A DNA stretch of 64,000 bases from an uncultured Dehalococcoidia bacterium (GTDB taxonomy: Bacteria; Chloroflexota; Dehalococcoidia; GIF9; UBA5629): contig CAIMUM010000194.1 of NCBI GenBank assembly GCA_903844685.1, positions 17,292 to 81,291 on the forward strand, read 5' to 3'. Shown piece after piece: positions 39,219 through 49,062 of the stretch (position 1 is its first letter; each line of letters begins with the position of its first letter). The position numbers and the translations under genes are program-made. The notes below the pieces were generated by a model. The model was not told the DNA's origin. It searched no databases and saw only the letters and a program-made list of their open reading frames with translations.

Positions 39219-40526
39219 TCAGAGCAGGTACATATCTTCCGCTTCCCTGAGCAGGGAATCGCGAAAACGGGGATCGGCCAATGATATTATGTCTAATGCT
39301 CTTTCACGGGTCGATTTGCCCTTTAAATTGATCGCGCCATGCTCGGTCACCAGGTAGTGCACATCCATCCTGGGCGTAGTTATAACAGCACCGCTATCCA
39401 GCCTCGGCACTACCCTGGAGACCTGCCCTTTCCTGGCCGTTGAATAGAAGGCCAATATCGACTTCCCGCCACGGGAATTATAAGCTCCGCGTACGTAGTC
39501 GAGTTGACCGCCGGTTCCACTGTATTCAGACCCTGACAGAAACTCGGCATTGCATTGACCCAACAGGTCAACCTGAATGATGGAATTGATGGAAACCATA
39601 TTATCATTACGCGCAATAATATCCGGGTTATTGGTGTAGGAAACGGGGTAGCTCTCCATACTGGGGTTATCGTGCATGAAGCGGTACATCTCCTCTGTGC
39701 CCTCGGCCACGGTAAAAACATTTTTCATGGGATGCAGGTTCTTCCTGCGGCCGGTCACTACACCTTTCTTGATCAGTTCTACCATGGCCGGACCGAATAC
39801 CTCGGTATGTATACCCAAATCCCTGTGATTCATCAGCTTCATGGCAATAACATTGGGCAGGCCACCAAAGCCTAATTGCAGCGTCGCACCGTCGGGAACG
39901 AGATCAGCCACCAGTTTACCGATGGCGTCGTCCTCCACCCTGGCACCCGGCCACTTGAACTCGATCAGCGGTGTTGTGCTCTCAACAACTGCATGTACCT
40001 CAGAGATATGCAGGAGTGCATCCCCAAATACGCGGGGCATGTTTTTATTGACCTCCACGATAAGCCGTTTACAGCACCTGGCTACAGTGGACGTATAATC
40101 GTTGGACGTGCCGAAGCTGAAAAAACCCGCCCTGTCCATAGGCGAAACCATAGTAACGGTTACATCAATATCCAGGTTCTCTCGCATCAGCCTGGGTACC
40201 TGGTGAAAATGATTGGGCACGTAATAGTTAAGCCCCACCCTGACGGCCGAGCGCGATGCCTTGCTGACAAACCATGAAAAAGCCTGCACGCAATCGGCCA
40301 AATCCGGGGAAAGCAATGTTTTGGAAACATTCTCCATGGGCAGCAGAGAATGAACGTTCAGATTCTTGAGTGCGCCAGCCCGGACACGGTCCGCAATCGC
40401 CTTCAGCAGCGCGGGCGGCTCAGCAGCAGCCAGGCCGTGTACTAATGTGCTGCCGTTTTTAATCCCGCTTACGGCCTTTTCAGGCGAGGTAAGCTTGCGC
40501 CTATACTGTGCACGGTATGTTTGCAT
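39219..40526 (-). CDS. Acetyl-CoA hydrolase/transferase family protein (4-hydroxybutyrate CoA-transferase/Cat-like)
   Basis: Two-domain CoA-transferase family I architecture, 435 aa. Confidence 0.75.
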   Translation of the reverse strand: MQTYRAQYRRKLTSPEKAVSGIKNGSTLVHGLAAAEPPALLKAIADRVRAGALKNLNVHSLLPMENVSKTLLSPDLADCVQAFSWFVSKASRSAVRVGLNYYVPNHFHQVPRLMRENLDIDVTVTMVSPMDRAGFFSFGTSNDYTSTVARCCKRLIVEVNKNMPRVFGDALLHISEVHAVVESTTPLIEFKWPGARVEDDAIGKLVADLVPDGATLQLGFGGLPNVIAMKLMNHRDLGIHTEVFGPAMVELIKKGVVTGRRKNLHPMKNVFTVAEGTEEMYRFMHDNPSMESYPVSYTNNPDIIARNDNMVSINSIIQVDLLGQCNAEFLSGSEYSGTGGQLDYVRGAYNSRGGKSILAFYSTARKGQVSRVVPRLDSGAVITTPRMDVHYLVTEHGAINLKGKSTRERALDIISLADPRFRDSLLREAEDMYLL

Positions 40527-40528
40527 AA

Positions 40529-40867
40529 TCAGCCGGTGAAGCTATTGTTAGCCGCATCCTCGTTTTCGAAGATGTTGAATAGCTGTGTGAACCCGGCAAT
40601 ATCGAATACTTCTCTGATATTGGGCTTCATGCAGGCGAGCTTAATATCGCCTTGCTGCTTGCGCACCTTTTTCAATTGTGATAGAAAGACCCGCAGGCCG
40701 GAGCTGCTGATATACTCGAGCCCCTCCAGGTTCAACACTATTTTTACACAGCCGCTCTCGATGACAGCATCAAGTTTTTTCTCAACTTCAGCGGCACTGT
40801 ACGCATCAAGCCTACCAGTCAAACCCAGAATATTAACATCACCCGATTTCTTCCCGGTTAAATCCAA
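40529..40867 (-). CDS. STAS-domain protein (anti-sigma-factor antagonist, SpoIIAA-like)
   Basis: 112 aa STAS fold with the conserved Ser in ...YISSSGLRVF.... Confidence 0.7.
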   Translation of the reverse strand: MDLTGKKSGDVNILGLTGRLDAYSAAEVEKKLDAVIESGCVKIVLNLEGLEYISSSGLRVFLSQLKKVRKQQGDIKLACMKPNIREVFDIAGFTQLFNIFENEDAANNSFTG

Positions 40868-40982
40868 TGTGGTCTCCTTTATATCTCCAAATTTCTACAG
40901 CATATCATCATGCATCGATTTTAACATTTATATAGTTTAGCCACGTTAACTTAACATATTTTTAGGAAACCCGTTAAGGCAC

Positions 40983-42437
40983 CTATACTCCTTCCACGCT
41001 GGAAAGCACGTTGTCAAACCTTTTCAGAGCATCATCAATCACAGCATCCGTATCAGCCATGCTGGTATACATGCGCGAGCCTGCCAGTGTAATCAGACCA
41101 TTTGCCATAAAGGCCGCACCCATTTCTTCCATCATGTGCTTACGTGGTTTGACCTCATTCAATAGCCGCTCGATATTATTGAAATCCAGAAATGTTACTC
41201 CGGAAGTTTCCAGATGAACGATTGAGCCCTGGTTATAAACCACAAACGGCAGCTTAAGGCGTTCAATTGTATTTTGCAAGCCTTTTGTAAGTCTGTCGCC
41301 TGCCTTTCCTGCAATTACAGGGGCGTTGGTGCGCTCCATTTCAAGCAACGCGTAGTAACCGGCAACGCAGGAGAGTGGGTTGGCCGAAAGCGTCCCGCCT
41401 ACGTAGGCGCGTTCGCCCGTTCCCTCGACGCCGGCAGCAAAACATTGGATTATCTCGGCCCGGCCACCCACACCACCTGCCATTGGGTAGCCTCCGGTGA
41501 TACACTTGCCAAAAATCGTCAGGTCGGGTTTTACGCCGAAATAGCCCTGTGCCCCACCCATTCCCAGCCTGAAACCTGTCACGACTTCATCGAAGATGAG
41601 CAGTGCGCCAAACTCATCGCATAGTTTGCGGACCTTACTATTAAAATCAAAAGGTACCGGGCGAGTGCCGCTTTCAGGCCCGACCGGCTCCACGATGACG
41701 GCTGCCGTTCCGCCGATACGGCGGTTGGCTACCAGTCTGCGTTTCAGCGCCTCCAGGTCATTCGGGTAGAACTCCTGTGTATTGGAGGTCGCACCATTCG
41801 GGATGCCGACGGCTTCCATTCGTCCTGTGCCGGGGATATGCATCCCATAAACCATTGAATCGCTCCAGCCGTGGTAGGCGCCACCAACCTTGATGATCTT
41901 CTTCTTTTTGGTAAATACTCGCGCGCCCCGGATGGCCGCCATCACGCTCTCGGTCCCGGAGCCCAGCATGCGGAACATCTCAACAGCCGGCATGAAACGG
42001 TTAATCAGTTGCGCCAGTTTAAGTTCGTATTCATGGAATAGGCCGGTGACAGGTCCGCAGGAATTCAGCATTTCCACGACCTTTTCACGTACCGGTGCAT
42101 AATTGTTGCCCAGCATGATCGGCGCGCCGGCCTGTAAAAAATCAATGTATCTATTATTATCCACGTCCCAGAGGTAAGCTCCTTCGGCTTTCCCGATGGC
42201 AATCGGGAACGGGTAGTTGAAGGCCAGGTTATGCTGGACGCCGCCCGGGATATACTTCTTGGCTTCGTCGGTCAACGCCCGGGACTGCGTACATTTTGTA
42301 TCGAAATAAGCAAGATATTCCTTCATCTTTTCCGATCGCACCCGTCGCATCGGCTGGCTGACAAGAGCGTCCAGCCGCCGGTAAACTAGGTCAACGTCGG
42401 GATACTGAGAAATTGCATATTTCTGCGTATCACTCAT
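40983..42437 (-). CDS. Class III (PLP) aminotransferase / aminomutase family protein
   Basis: AT-III motifs are present (FDEVVTGFRLG, GKCITGGYPM). The start was set at MSDTQ behind GGAGGT. Confidence 0.8.
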   Translation of the reverse strand: MSDTQKYAISQYPDVDLVYRRLDALVSQPMRRVRSEKMKEYLAYFDTKCTQSRALTDEAKKYIPGGVQHNLAFNYPFPIAIGKAEGAYLWDVDNNRYIDFLQAGAPIMLGNNYAPVREKVVEMLNSCGPVTGLFHEYELKLAQLINRFMPAVEMFRMLGSGTESVMAAIRGARVFTKKKKIIKVGGAYHGWSDSMVYGMHIPGTGRMEAVGIPNGATSNTQEFYPNDLEALKRRLVANRRIGGTAAVIVEPVGPESGTRPVPFDFNSKVRKLCDEFGALLIFDEVVTGFRLGMGGAQGYFGVKPDLTIFGKCITGGYPMAGGVGGRAEIIQCFAAGVEGTGERAYVGGTLSANPLSCVAGYYALLEMERTNAPVIAGKAGDRLTKGLQNTIERLKLPFVVYNQGSIVHLETSGVTFLDFNNIERLLNEVKPRKHMMEEMGAAFMANGLITLAGSRMYTSMADTDAVIDDALKRFDNVLSSVEGV

Positions 42438-42599
42438 ATAAACCTCCACTAATAAATATCAATTGTACCAGCTTTCACCTTTCGTTTATATCCCTCGTCT
42501 GATCCCGCATTGCCGCACCGGACCATCTTCATCCGGCGCGGCAATTTCTATCAGGACCAGGTTAACAGCATCCTGCCGATTGTTCATCCAGCATATAAA

Positions 42600-43913
42600 T
42601 TATGCTTCTTTCTTGAACGTCTTGAATGGATCGGCCCATTGTTTGACCGAAGCTGCAAGTTCTTTATGTGTCTTGGAGTATTCCTCAAGAGAAATACCCT
42701 TGAGCGTGGCGTCTATCGCCTGTCTGAAGGCCTTCCCTCCTGCTACAGGACCCAGTGGGTGAGCATGAATTCCCCCACCCGAGCCAATTACGATATCATT
42801 CCCCAGCTCCTGCATCACTTTGGGTACATGTGTCGGGGTAATACCACCGGATGCCATTGGCCACGTCGGTTTAAGCTGATATAAAGGATACGTTAGATTT
42901 CTGGCCATAGAATCGAACTTCTCGACAATGACCGAGGCCTTCCCGTAAGGAGCGGGAATAACGACTATGTCGGCGCCGGCCAGTCTTGCCAGTTTACCAA
43001 GTACCAGGTGAGAGCTCATACCGTGTTGAGGCGACATATACAGCGCCCCTGCCACATCCATATGTCCCAGAATGGGGACGCCTATTTTCGGGTCCTCTGC
43101 AAGCGCCTGCAAGACCGGAATCCCAACTGCAATATAATTGACCATGATAGCGTTGGCACCCAATTCTACCGCACGCCTGGCATTTTCGAATATTTTCGGC
43201 ACCGAATCGGTGACATTGACCGTGTAGAGTGTACGCTCTCCTGTCTCCTCAAAGACCTGCTTTTCAATTTCCATGTATCGCTTAACACGGCCTTTGATCG
43301 AGTTAAAGGAAGCATCCGCGATCAGTTCGTCATCCTTAACTATGTCGCAACCACCCAACGCGGCAAGCTTGAACAACTCGGCCCCCACCTCAAGTGGATA
43401 TCCTGTACATGGTTTAACCATGTTGTTCAATAACGGCCTCTTCTTAACTCCCAGGAGTTTCCTGATCCCATCAATTCCGAACTTGGGACCCTGGAACCCG
43501 GCGACGTATTTCTTAGGAAATCTTATGTCAACCAGTTTTATCGGGCCTGCCATGGATATATTGCCCACAACGGTGGTTAGCATCATAGGTATTTGCGATC
43601 CAACATTCACCAAGGGAAAGGCCATTTGCACGAACCAATTTCTGTCCTTAACGTCGGAAGGAATACTATACTCGTAATCAGGCATCTCATAACAGCCAAT
43701 TACCTTCGCCACATGGCGCCTGCGCACTTCCGGGGTCTCACCAGGAACTGGCACCCAGGTCCCTGTGCTTTGCTCAATGGCCAGCATCGGCGCCAGCTTG
43801 GGCATGGGAAACATGGCCGGATACGTGACAATGTAGGTACCGATGATGTAATCATCGTAGTCAATCCCATCTGGCAATGCTACAGGTTGGCTTAACATCT
43901 CATCATTCGTCAT
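42600..43913 (-). CDS. RuBisCO large-subunit-like protein (form IV RLP)
   Basis: GGCDIVKDDE matches the RuBisCO GG(L)DFTKDDE motif, so the carbamylated Lys and the Asp/Glu are kept. VLGKLARLAG, PMASGGI..THVP and GSGGGIHAHP match RuBisCO C-terminal motifs. KPKLG has become KPCTG. The RBS is AGGAGG. Confidence 0.8.
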   Translation of the reverse strand: MTNDEMLSQPVALPDGIDYDDYIIGTYIVTYPAMFPMPKLAPMLAIEQSTGTWVPVPGETPEVRRRHVAKVIGCYEMPDYEYSIPSDVKDRNWFVQMAFPLVNVGSQIPMMLTTVVGNISMAGPIKLVDIRFPKKYVAGFQGPKFGIDGIRKLLGVKKRPLLNNMVKPCTGYPLEVGAELFKLAALGGCDIVKDDELIADASFNSIKGRVKRYMEIEKQVFEETGERTLYTVNVTDSVPKIFENARRAVELGANAIMVNYIAVGIPVLQALAEDPKIGVPILGHMDVAGALYMSPQHGMSSHLVLGKLARLAGADIVVIPAPYGKASVIVEKFDSMARNLTYPLYQLKPTWPMASGGITPTHVPKVMQELGNDIVIGSGGGIHAHPLGPVAGGKAFRQAIDATLKGISLEEYSKTHKELAASVKQWADPFKTFKKEA

Positions 43914-44219
43914 TTATGTTCCTCCTATTTTATACTTGAGCTTAATCACACGTTAATTTGTTTGGCCTTGCGCAACATCGCTACAGACCCACCTACACTT
44001 CAACATATAAGCGATCAACGTAACCCTGGCAACCGGACATAGAAATGGCAAAAGCTTCATTTTCTCGAAATCCGTACTGTAAAGTTCCCGCTATTACCAC
44101 GAGATTACCTCTGGCAACAAGGTTTTGCGCAGTCTCAACGATTGGCCATCTATCAGGGCCAAATTGCCCCATACTTCACTTCCAAGTTTCAACTTTACAA
44201 TGTCAGGATTATAAATCGC

Positions 44220-44252
44220 AATCTTGACGCTGTCAAGATTAGACAGTAATAT
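44220..44252 (+). promoter_or_regulatory. TetR operator palindrome (AATCTTGAC-GCT-GTCAAGATT) overlapping -35 of a TTGACG-17-TAATAT promoter; near-leaderless TetR
   Basis: A perfect 9+9 inverted repeat lies at 44220-44240. The -35 is at 44224-44229 and the -10 at 44247-44252, 6 nt from the TetR ATG (44259). No SD is present. Confidence 0.55.
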
Positions 44253-44258
44253 TATCTC

Positions 44259-44933
44259 ATGCCTGTCAAAAAATATCATCACGGTGACCTAAAGAACGCA
44301 CTAATTAAGGCAGGGATTGAAATCCTCTCCAAAGAGGGCGTTCATGGCCTTAGCCTGCGTAAAGTGGCACAAAAAGCAGGCGTCAGTCACACGGCACCCT
44401 ACTCACACTTTGCCGACAAGCAGTCGCTTATAGCCGCCATCTCGATAGAAGGCTTCCGGACAATATATGAGCTGTTGGATGGCGTAATTCAGCGTTATCA
44501 GGGCAAACCTCTCAGGCAATTGGTGGAAGGCGCCTGGGCGTACGTTCAATTCGCACTCAGTGACCCGGCACATTTCAAGGTGACCTTATCCAGCGTACTG
44601 GAGAGGGAGAAAGACTATCCCGCGTTCGTTGAGATGTCTCACAAAGGCTTTGGGACGGTCGTCGGGATAGTCGAGACGTGCCAGGCAGCAGGTGTGCTAC
44701 GCCCCGGGCCAGCAGATGTGGAAGCCATAAGTGTTTGGAGCACTGTCCACGGGTTTGTATCTCTTCTTCTGGAAGGACAAATCTATCATTCGATTCTGGA
44801 GCGCTATACGGTGCGTGAATTGCTGATTTCTTGCCTGGCACATGTTACCCTGGTCGAACTGACTCCTGAAAGCTATTCGGAAATGGAGCCCTCCGGGATA
44901 TATATTTACCCTGCCATAAGTACACCAGCCTAA
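44259..44933 (+). CDS. TetR/AcrR-family transcriptional regulator
   Basis: The N-terminal TetR HTH is LSLRKVAQKAGVSHTAPYSHF. Confidence 0.85.
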   Translation: MPVKKYHHGDLKNALIKAGIEILSKEGVHGLSLRKVAQKAGVSHTAPYSHFADKQSLIAAISIEGFRTIYELLDGVIQRYQGKPLRQLVEGAWAYVQFALSDPAHFKVTLSSVLEREKDYPAFVEMSHKGFGTVVGIVETCQAAGVLRPGPADVEAISVWSTVHGFVSLLLEGQIYHSILERYTVRELLISCLAHVTLVELTPESYSEMEPSGIYIYPAISTPA

Positions 44934-44994
44934 GACGCATCACGTAATCAGGGATGTAACGAATGGTTGGCAACCTGGCCGAATCAGGATATCG

Positions 44995-46530
44995 CTATAT
45001 CTGACTACACCTCGCTTTATTTATCCTCTCGTAAAATCCCTTCAAATCAGGATACAACTCCTTATAGGAACGGTAAAGGAAATCATAAACCTCGCGGTTC
45101 TTGGCCTGAGGTTTAAAAGTATATGCGACGCCAACCACTTTTTTCAACGACTCAAAATCCTTGTATATACCAAGCCCCACTGCTGCTGCCATTGCCACTC
45201 CCACCGCCCCTGCCTCCTGGGCATTACGCACCGGTTCTATTATCTTGCCCGTAACATCGGCGATAATTTGCATCCAGGGATGGCCCAGAGCTCCGCCTCC
45301 AATTACCCTGAGCGAGGGTAAAGGAAATTTATATTCCTTTTCCACCCTTTCGATTATCCAGCGGATATTATAGGCCACACCCTCATATACGGCGCGCAGC
45401 AGGTGTTCGCGTGTATGCTCAGGTGTGAGATTCAAGAACCCGGACCGTATATAGCTATCCGCTACCGGCGATCTCTCTCCGTACATCCATGGCATAAATA
45501 TAAGGTAGTCAGAGCCCGCAGGCACTTCCATTACCTTGCCGTCCATATAACCATATATATTGGCAATAGTGGCATCGGCGTTCTCGGTCCTGCATACCTG
45601 TTCGCCCAACCATTTAAGGCAACCGCCGGCCGTTTCCATCTGTGCCAGGAGCAGGGCTTTGTCCGGATCAGCCGACTGAATGGCGGCGATACCATTTTTT
45701 CCGGTCGGGGTCTTCCGCGTAACAACCCCAACCCAGGCCGACGTCCCCATACTTATGTGGCCATCTCCCTCTCCCACCGCACCTGAACCAACGGCGGCAG
45801 AGGCCGTATCTCCGGCTCCACCCATCACAGGCGTGCCCTCAAGCAGTCCAAACTGTTCCGCAGCCTCTTTCGTCAGGCTACCAATTTTGTCAATAGAGCG
45901 TGTTAGCGGCGGCAATTTCGATGTGTCAAATCCGACGTACGCGAAAACAGCTTTCAGCCATTCCTTTTTCTTTAAGTCCAGGCCGAAACCCGAGGCATTG
46001 TTCCAGTCCATGGACATACTTCCGGTGCAACGGTATTTCAGGAAACCGTTTAGATCCAGAAAGAATTTCATTTTTCCATAGGTTTCCGGCTCGTTTTTTT
46101 TGAGCCAGAGCAGTTTGGGCATCGCATCCTTCCCGTTAATCTCTGCTCCCGCTATGGCAGCAAACACCGAAGGGCCCAGAAACTTGTTCATCATAAATTT
46201 GGCCTCTTCAGCCGCGCGGTTATCCATCCATATTATTCCCTGCCTTAAAGCCACCCCTTTTTCATCCATCGGCACAATGCCAAGCATCTGGGTGGAAAAC
46301 GTGAGGCATAAAATGTCCGCAGGCGACACTCCGGTTTCTGACAGAAGTTGCTTTGTGGTACTGGTGACGGCGCTCCACCAATCTTCAGGGTCTTGCTCCG
46401 CCCACCCTGGCCTGGGATATTTAATATCGTATGGATGAAGTACCTTGCCGTGGACTTCCCCCCCCACACCCACTAGAACCGCCTTGTTGTTAGTGGTCCC
46501 CACATCATGAGCAATTATGTATTTCGCCAT
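44995..46530 (-). CDS. FGGY-family carbohydrate kinase (xylulokinase/glycerol-kinase-like)
   Basis: The FGGY N- and C-terminal domains are present (HDVGTTNNKAVLV, GGGALGHPWMQIIADV). Confidence 0.8.
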   Translation of the reverse strand: MAKYIIAHDVGTTNNKAVLVGVGGEVHGKVLHPYDIKYPRPGWAEQDPEDWWSAVTSTTKQLLSETGVSPADILCLTFSTQMLGIVPMDEKGVALRQGIIWMDNRAAEEAKFMMNKFLGPSVFAAIAGAEINGKDAMPKLLWLKKNEPETYGKMKFFLDLNGFLKYRCTGSMSMDWNNASGFGLDLKKKEWLKAVFAYVGFDTSKLPPLTRSIDKIGSLTKEAAEQFGLLEGTPVMGGAGDTASAAVGSGAVGEGDGHISMGTSAWVGVVTRKTPTGKNGIAAIQSADPDKALLLAQMETAGGCLKWLGEQVCRTENADATIANIYGYMDGKVMEVPAGSDYLIFMPWMYGERSPVADSYIRSGFLNLTPEHTREHLLRAVYEGVAYNIRWIIERVEKEYKFPLPSLRVIGGGALGHPWMQIIADVTGKIIEPVRNAQEAGAVGVAMAAAVGLGIYKDFESLKKVVGVAYTFKPQAKNREVYDFLYRSYKELYPDLKGFYERINKARCSQI

Positions 46531-46700
46531 ATGACTACCCCCCTTTAAATCGCGTTAATATATGATATCACCGTTGTAAATTGTGCATTATCATACATAA
46601 CATCCCGTATTGAATCAATACCCACAATGCTATACATATATAGTATTTTGACGATAGCCTCGATTCACCCCTATACTTCCAGGTAAAATTGGGGTCAGGC

Positions 46701-47681
46701 ATGACAGAGCGCACATATATCACGTTATATAAATCCGGAGAATTAGCAGCAAGAGCTGTCGCACTCCAGGAGCAGCTATATGACTGTGATATCTGTCCGC
46801 GCGCATGCCACGTAAACAGGTTTGAGAATATGCGGGGATTTTGCGGGTCAGGACAACTTATCTCGGTCTCAAGCTACTGTGATCATCACGGAGAAGAACC
46901 TGCCCTATCGGGAACAAGAGGTTCCGGGACAATATTTTTCCATAACTGCAACCTGCGGTGCAAATACTGCCAGAATCACCAGATAAGCCAGGGTACTGAT
47001 AACCGGTCACAGACTTTAAGCAGCAAAGAACTGGCAGCAATAATGCTTCATTTACAGAATGATTTACGCTGCCACAACATTAACCTCGTATCACCCTCGC
47101 ATTATGTGCCGCAAATAGTGGAAGCCCTGTGCCACGCCATTCCCGGAGGACTGCATATACCTTTAATATATAATACCAATGGTTATGATTCCCTGGATAC
47201 CCTGAAAATGCTGGACGGGGTCATAGATATTTACCTGCCTGACCTTAAGTACGCTGATAACCGGTATGCGGATGAATTTTCTCATTGCAGCAATTACGTG
47301 GAATCAAGCAGGCCTGCGATAAAGGAAATGTACCGGCAGGCCGGCAATCTTGTCAGCGACGAATCCGGTATCGCACAAAGTGGACTGATTGTGCGTCATT
47401 TAATCCTGCCAAACGATATTGCAGGCAGCGCTGACTCCCTGCGCTGGTTGGCAAGGGATATCTCAAAGGATGTAACGGTCAGCGTTATGGCCCAGTATTA
47501 TCCCTGCTTTCTCGCCTGGCAGGAACCAATGCTTTCCAGGAAAATCACGTCTGCAGAATACGCCCGGGTCGTGGAAATACTGCAGTCACTGCATTTAGAC
47601 AATGGCTGGTTGCAGGAAATAGATTCATCCGAATTCTACCTGCCTGACTTCCAGCGTCAAGGACACCCGTTCTCACAGTAG
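46701..47681 (+). CDS. Radical SAM protein, AmmeMemoRadiSam-system / PflA-like activase type
   Basis: An N-terminal CDICPRAC (CxxCPxxC) precedes the radical SAM CNLRCKYCQNHQIS motif. A TTG at 46689 is an alternative start. Confidence 0.65.
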   Translation: MTERTYITLYKSGELAARAVALQEQLYDCDICPRACHVNRFENMRGFCGSGQLISVSSYCDHHGEEPALSGTRGSGTIFFHNCNLRCKYCQNHQISQGTDNRSQTLSSKELAAIMLHLQNDLRCHNINLVSPSHYVPQIVEALCHAIPGGLHIPLIYNTNGYDSLDTLKMLDGVIDIYLPDLKYADNRYADEFSHCSNYVESSRPAIKEMYRQAGNLVSDESGIAQSGLIVRHLILPNDIAGSADSLRWLARDISKDVTVSVMAQYYPCFLAWQEPMLSRKITSAEYARVVEILQSLHLDNGWLQEIDSSEFYLPDFQRQGHPFSQ

Positions 47682-47696
47682 TAAGAGGGCCGGCAA

Positions 47697-48401
47697 TTAC
47701 AACCTATCTTTCAGGTCGCGTCTAAAAAGACCTCTTATAAAGTTATGGCCTGATTTGGCCCAAATTTCCTTTATCCTTGGTATATACATCAAGACGGGCA
47801 CAGCAGTAAGAAAAATGGCGTATATAAACAAACCTGTATCTTTGTATACAAACCAGGCAATAAGCCAAAATGCGATAAAAGATATGGCATATGCCGCAGT
47901 TGGCCAGCGGGTAACCAATGTCAGAATAAGGAATGATCCAAGGAATATCAAATCGCCCAGAGGAATGGGCAGTTTAATGGACCCCATATCCACCCAGTTT
48001 ATCCACGCAAGCAGAAAGGCCAGAACACCGATAGCAGTGGCGCCGCCTTTTCCGCCTTTGAAATTGAGGAACACCGGGAAATTATGTCCGGCGATAACTG
48101 CTATTCCCGCAGCCATTTCAACAGGAACTACCATGTTGCCTGCAACCACAAATAAATATGTTGCTATCAGATATGATAGCAGTACGGCCAGGATACCTTT
48201 ACATACATCTGACGCTAATACCAGCATACCCGGCCAGAAACCTATGGTATAAAAGGTATTCATAGCCCCCATATTGTGACTGCCGACTTTCCTGATATCA
48301 ATCCCTTTGAAGGCCCGCCCAACCAGGTAGGCCGAGGGGATGGAACCTATCAGGTAACTAACGACCATTGATGTCATGAATGCTAATACTGTATTTATCA
48401 T
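47697..48401 (-). CDS. plsY: Glycerol-3-phosphate acyltransferase PlsY
   Basis: PlsY motifs GSHNMGAMN and HNFPVFLNFKGGKGGAT are present in a polytopic membrane protein. Confidence 0.85.
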   Translation of the reverse strand: MINTVLAFMTSMVVSYLIGSIPSAYLVGRAFKGIDIRKVGSHNMGAMNTFYTIGFWPGMLVLASDVCKGILAVLLSYLIATYLFVVAGNMVVPVEMAAGIAVIAGHNFPVFLNFKGGKGGATAIGVLAFLLAWINWVDMGSIKLPIPLGDLIFLGSFLILTLVTRWPTAAYAISFIAFWLIAWFVYKDTGLFIYAIFLTAVPVLMYIPRIKEIWAKSGHNFIRGLFRRDLKDRL

Positions 48402-48473
48402 ACTAATTACCCACCATGACCATATTATAGACCTAAATTACACTAAATGTGCGTACGCAGAACTACGTATTTC

Positions 48474-48944
48474 TCAAAAACTCAGGAACTGGTTTCTGGC
48501 GATCAGCGCCACCTGTCCACGCTGATTAGTATAGGTCGTTTCCACGGTAGTAACCATGGTGGGCCCCATCCTGGTTTCCTTGCCCTCGATATTGGCAATC
48601 TTGATAACGGCGACCAGCATATCACCGGCGCCGATGGGCGCCTTGAACTCATATTCAACGCTCCCGTCCAGGTTCCCCCGCGGCGCGCCGGCGGCAATGA
48701 GTTTCTCTACAAATTGAAACATATCAAAACCGCTGGTAACAGGCCAACCAATAAAGGAGGGCGGCGCTTTAAGCCTGCCAAATTCGCTCTGCGCTGCGAA
48801 TTCCACATCGTTATGCGTGGGGTTGGTGTCACCGACAGCCCGGGCGAATCGTTGGATAGCGCCTTCTTCAATCTTATAAAGCAAAGGCGGCTCAGCGGTC
48901 CCAATAAGTTTTTTTAATCCGTCTGTCAATACGAACACTGCCAT
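48474..48944 (-). CDS. MaoC-N-terminal-like hotdog protein (FAS1-DH-N/ChsH1-like hydratase subunit)
   Basis: Hotdog fold. It is a paralog of 49562..50032. The RBS is GGAGG. Confidence 0.65.
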   Translation of the reverse strand: MAVFVLTDGLKKLIGTAEPPLLYKIEEGAIQRFARAVGDTNPTHNDVEFAAQSEFGRLKAPPSFIGWPVTSGFDMFQFVEKLIAAGAPRGNLDGSVEYEFKAPIGAGDMLVAVIKIANIEGKETRMGPTMVTTVETTYTNQRGQVALIARNQFLSF

Positions 48945-49062
48945 TTCAGGTTTCCTCCATTTCAGGTTGTCAGGTAAGCCGTCAACAAAATATCGCTGGT
49001 TGGCATGTACGTCTCATACTCAACCAGCGATACCGGGTTACAACACTATTTTTTATTAATGA

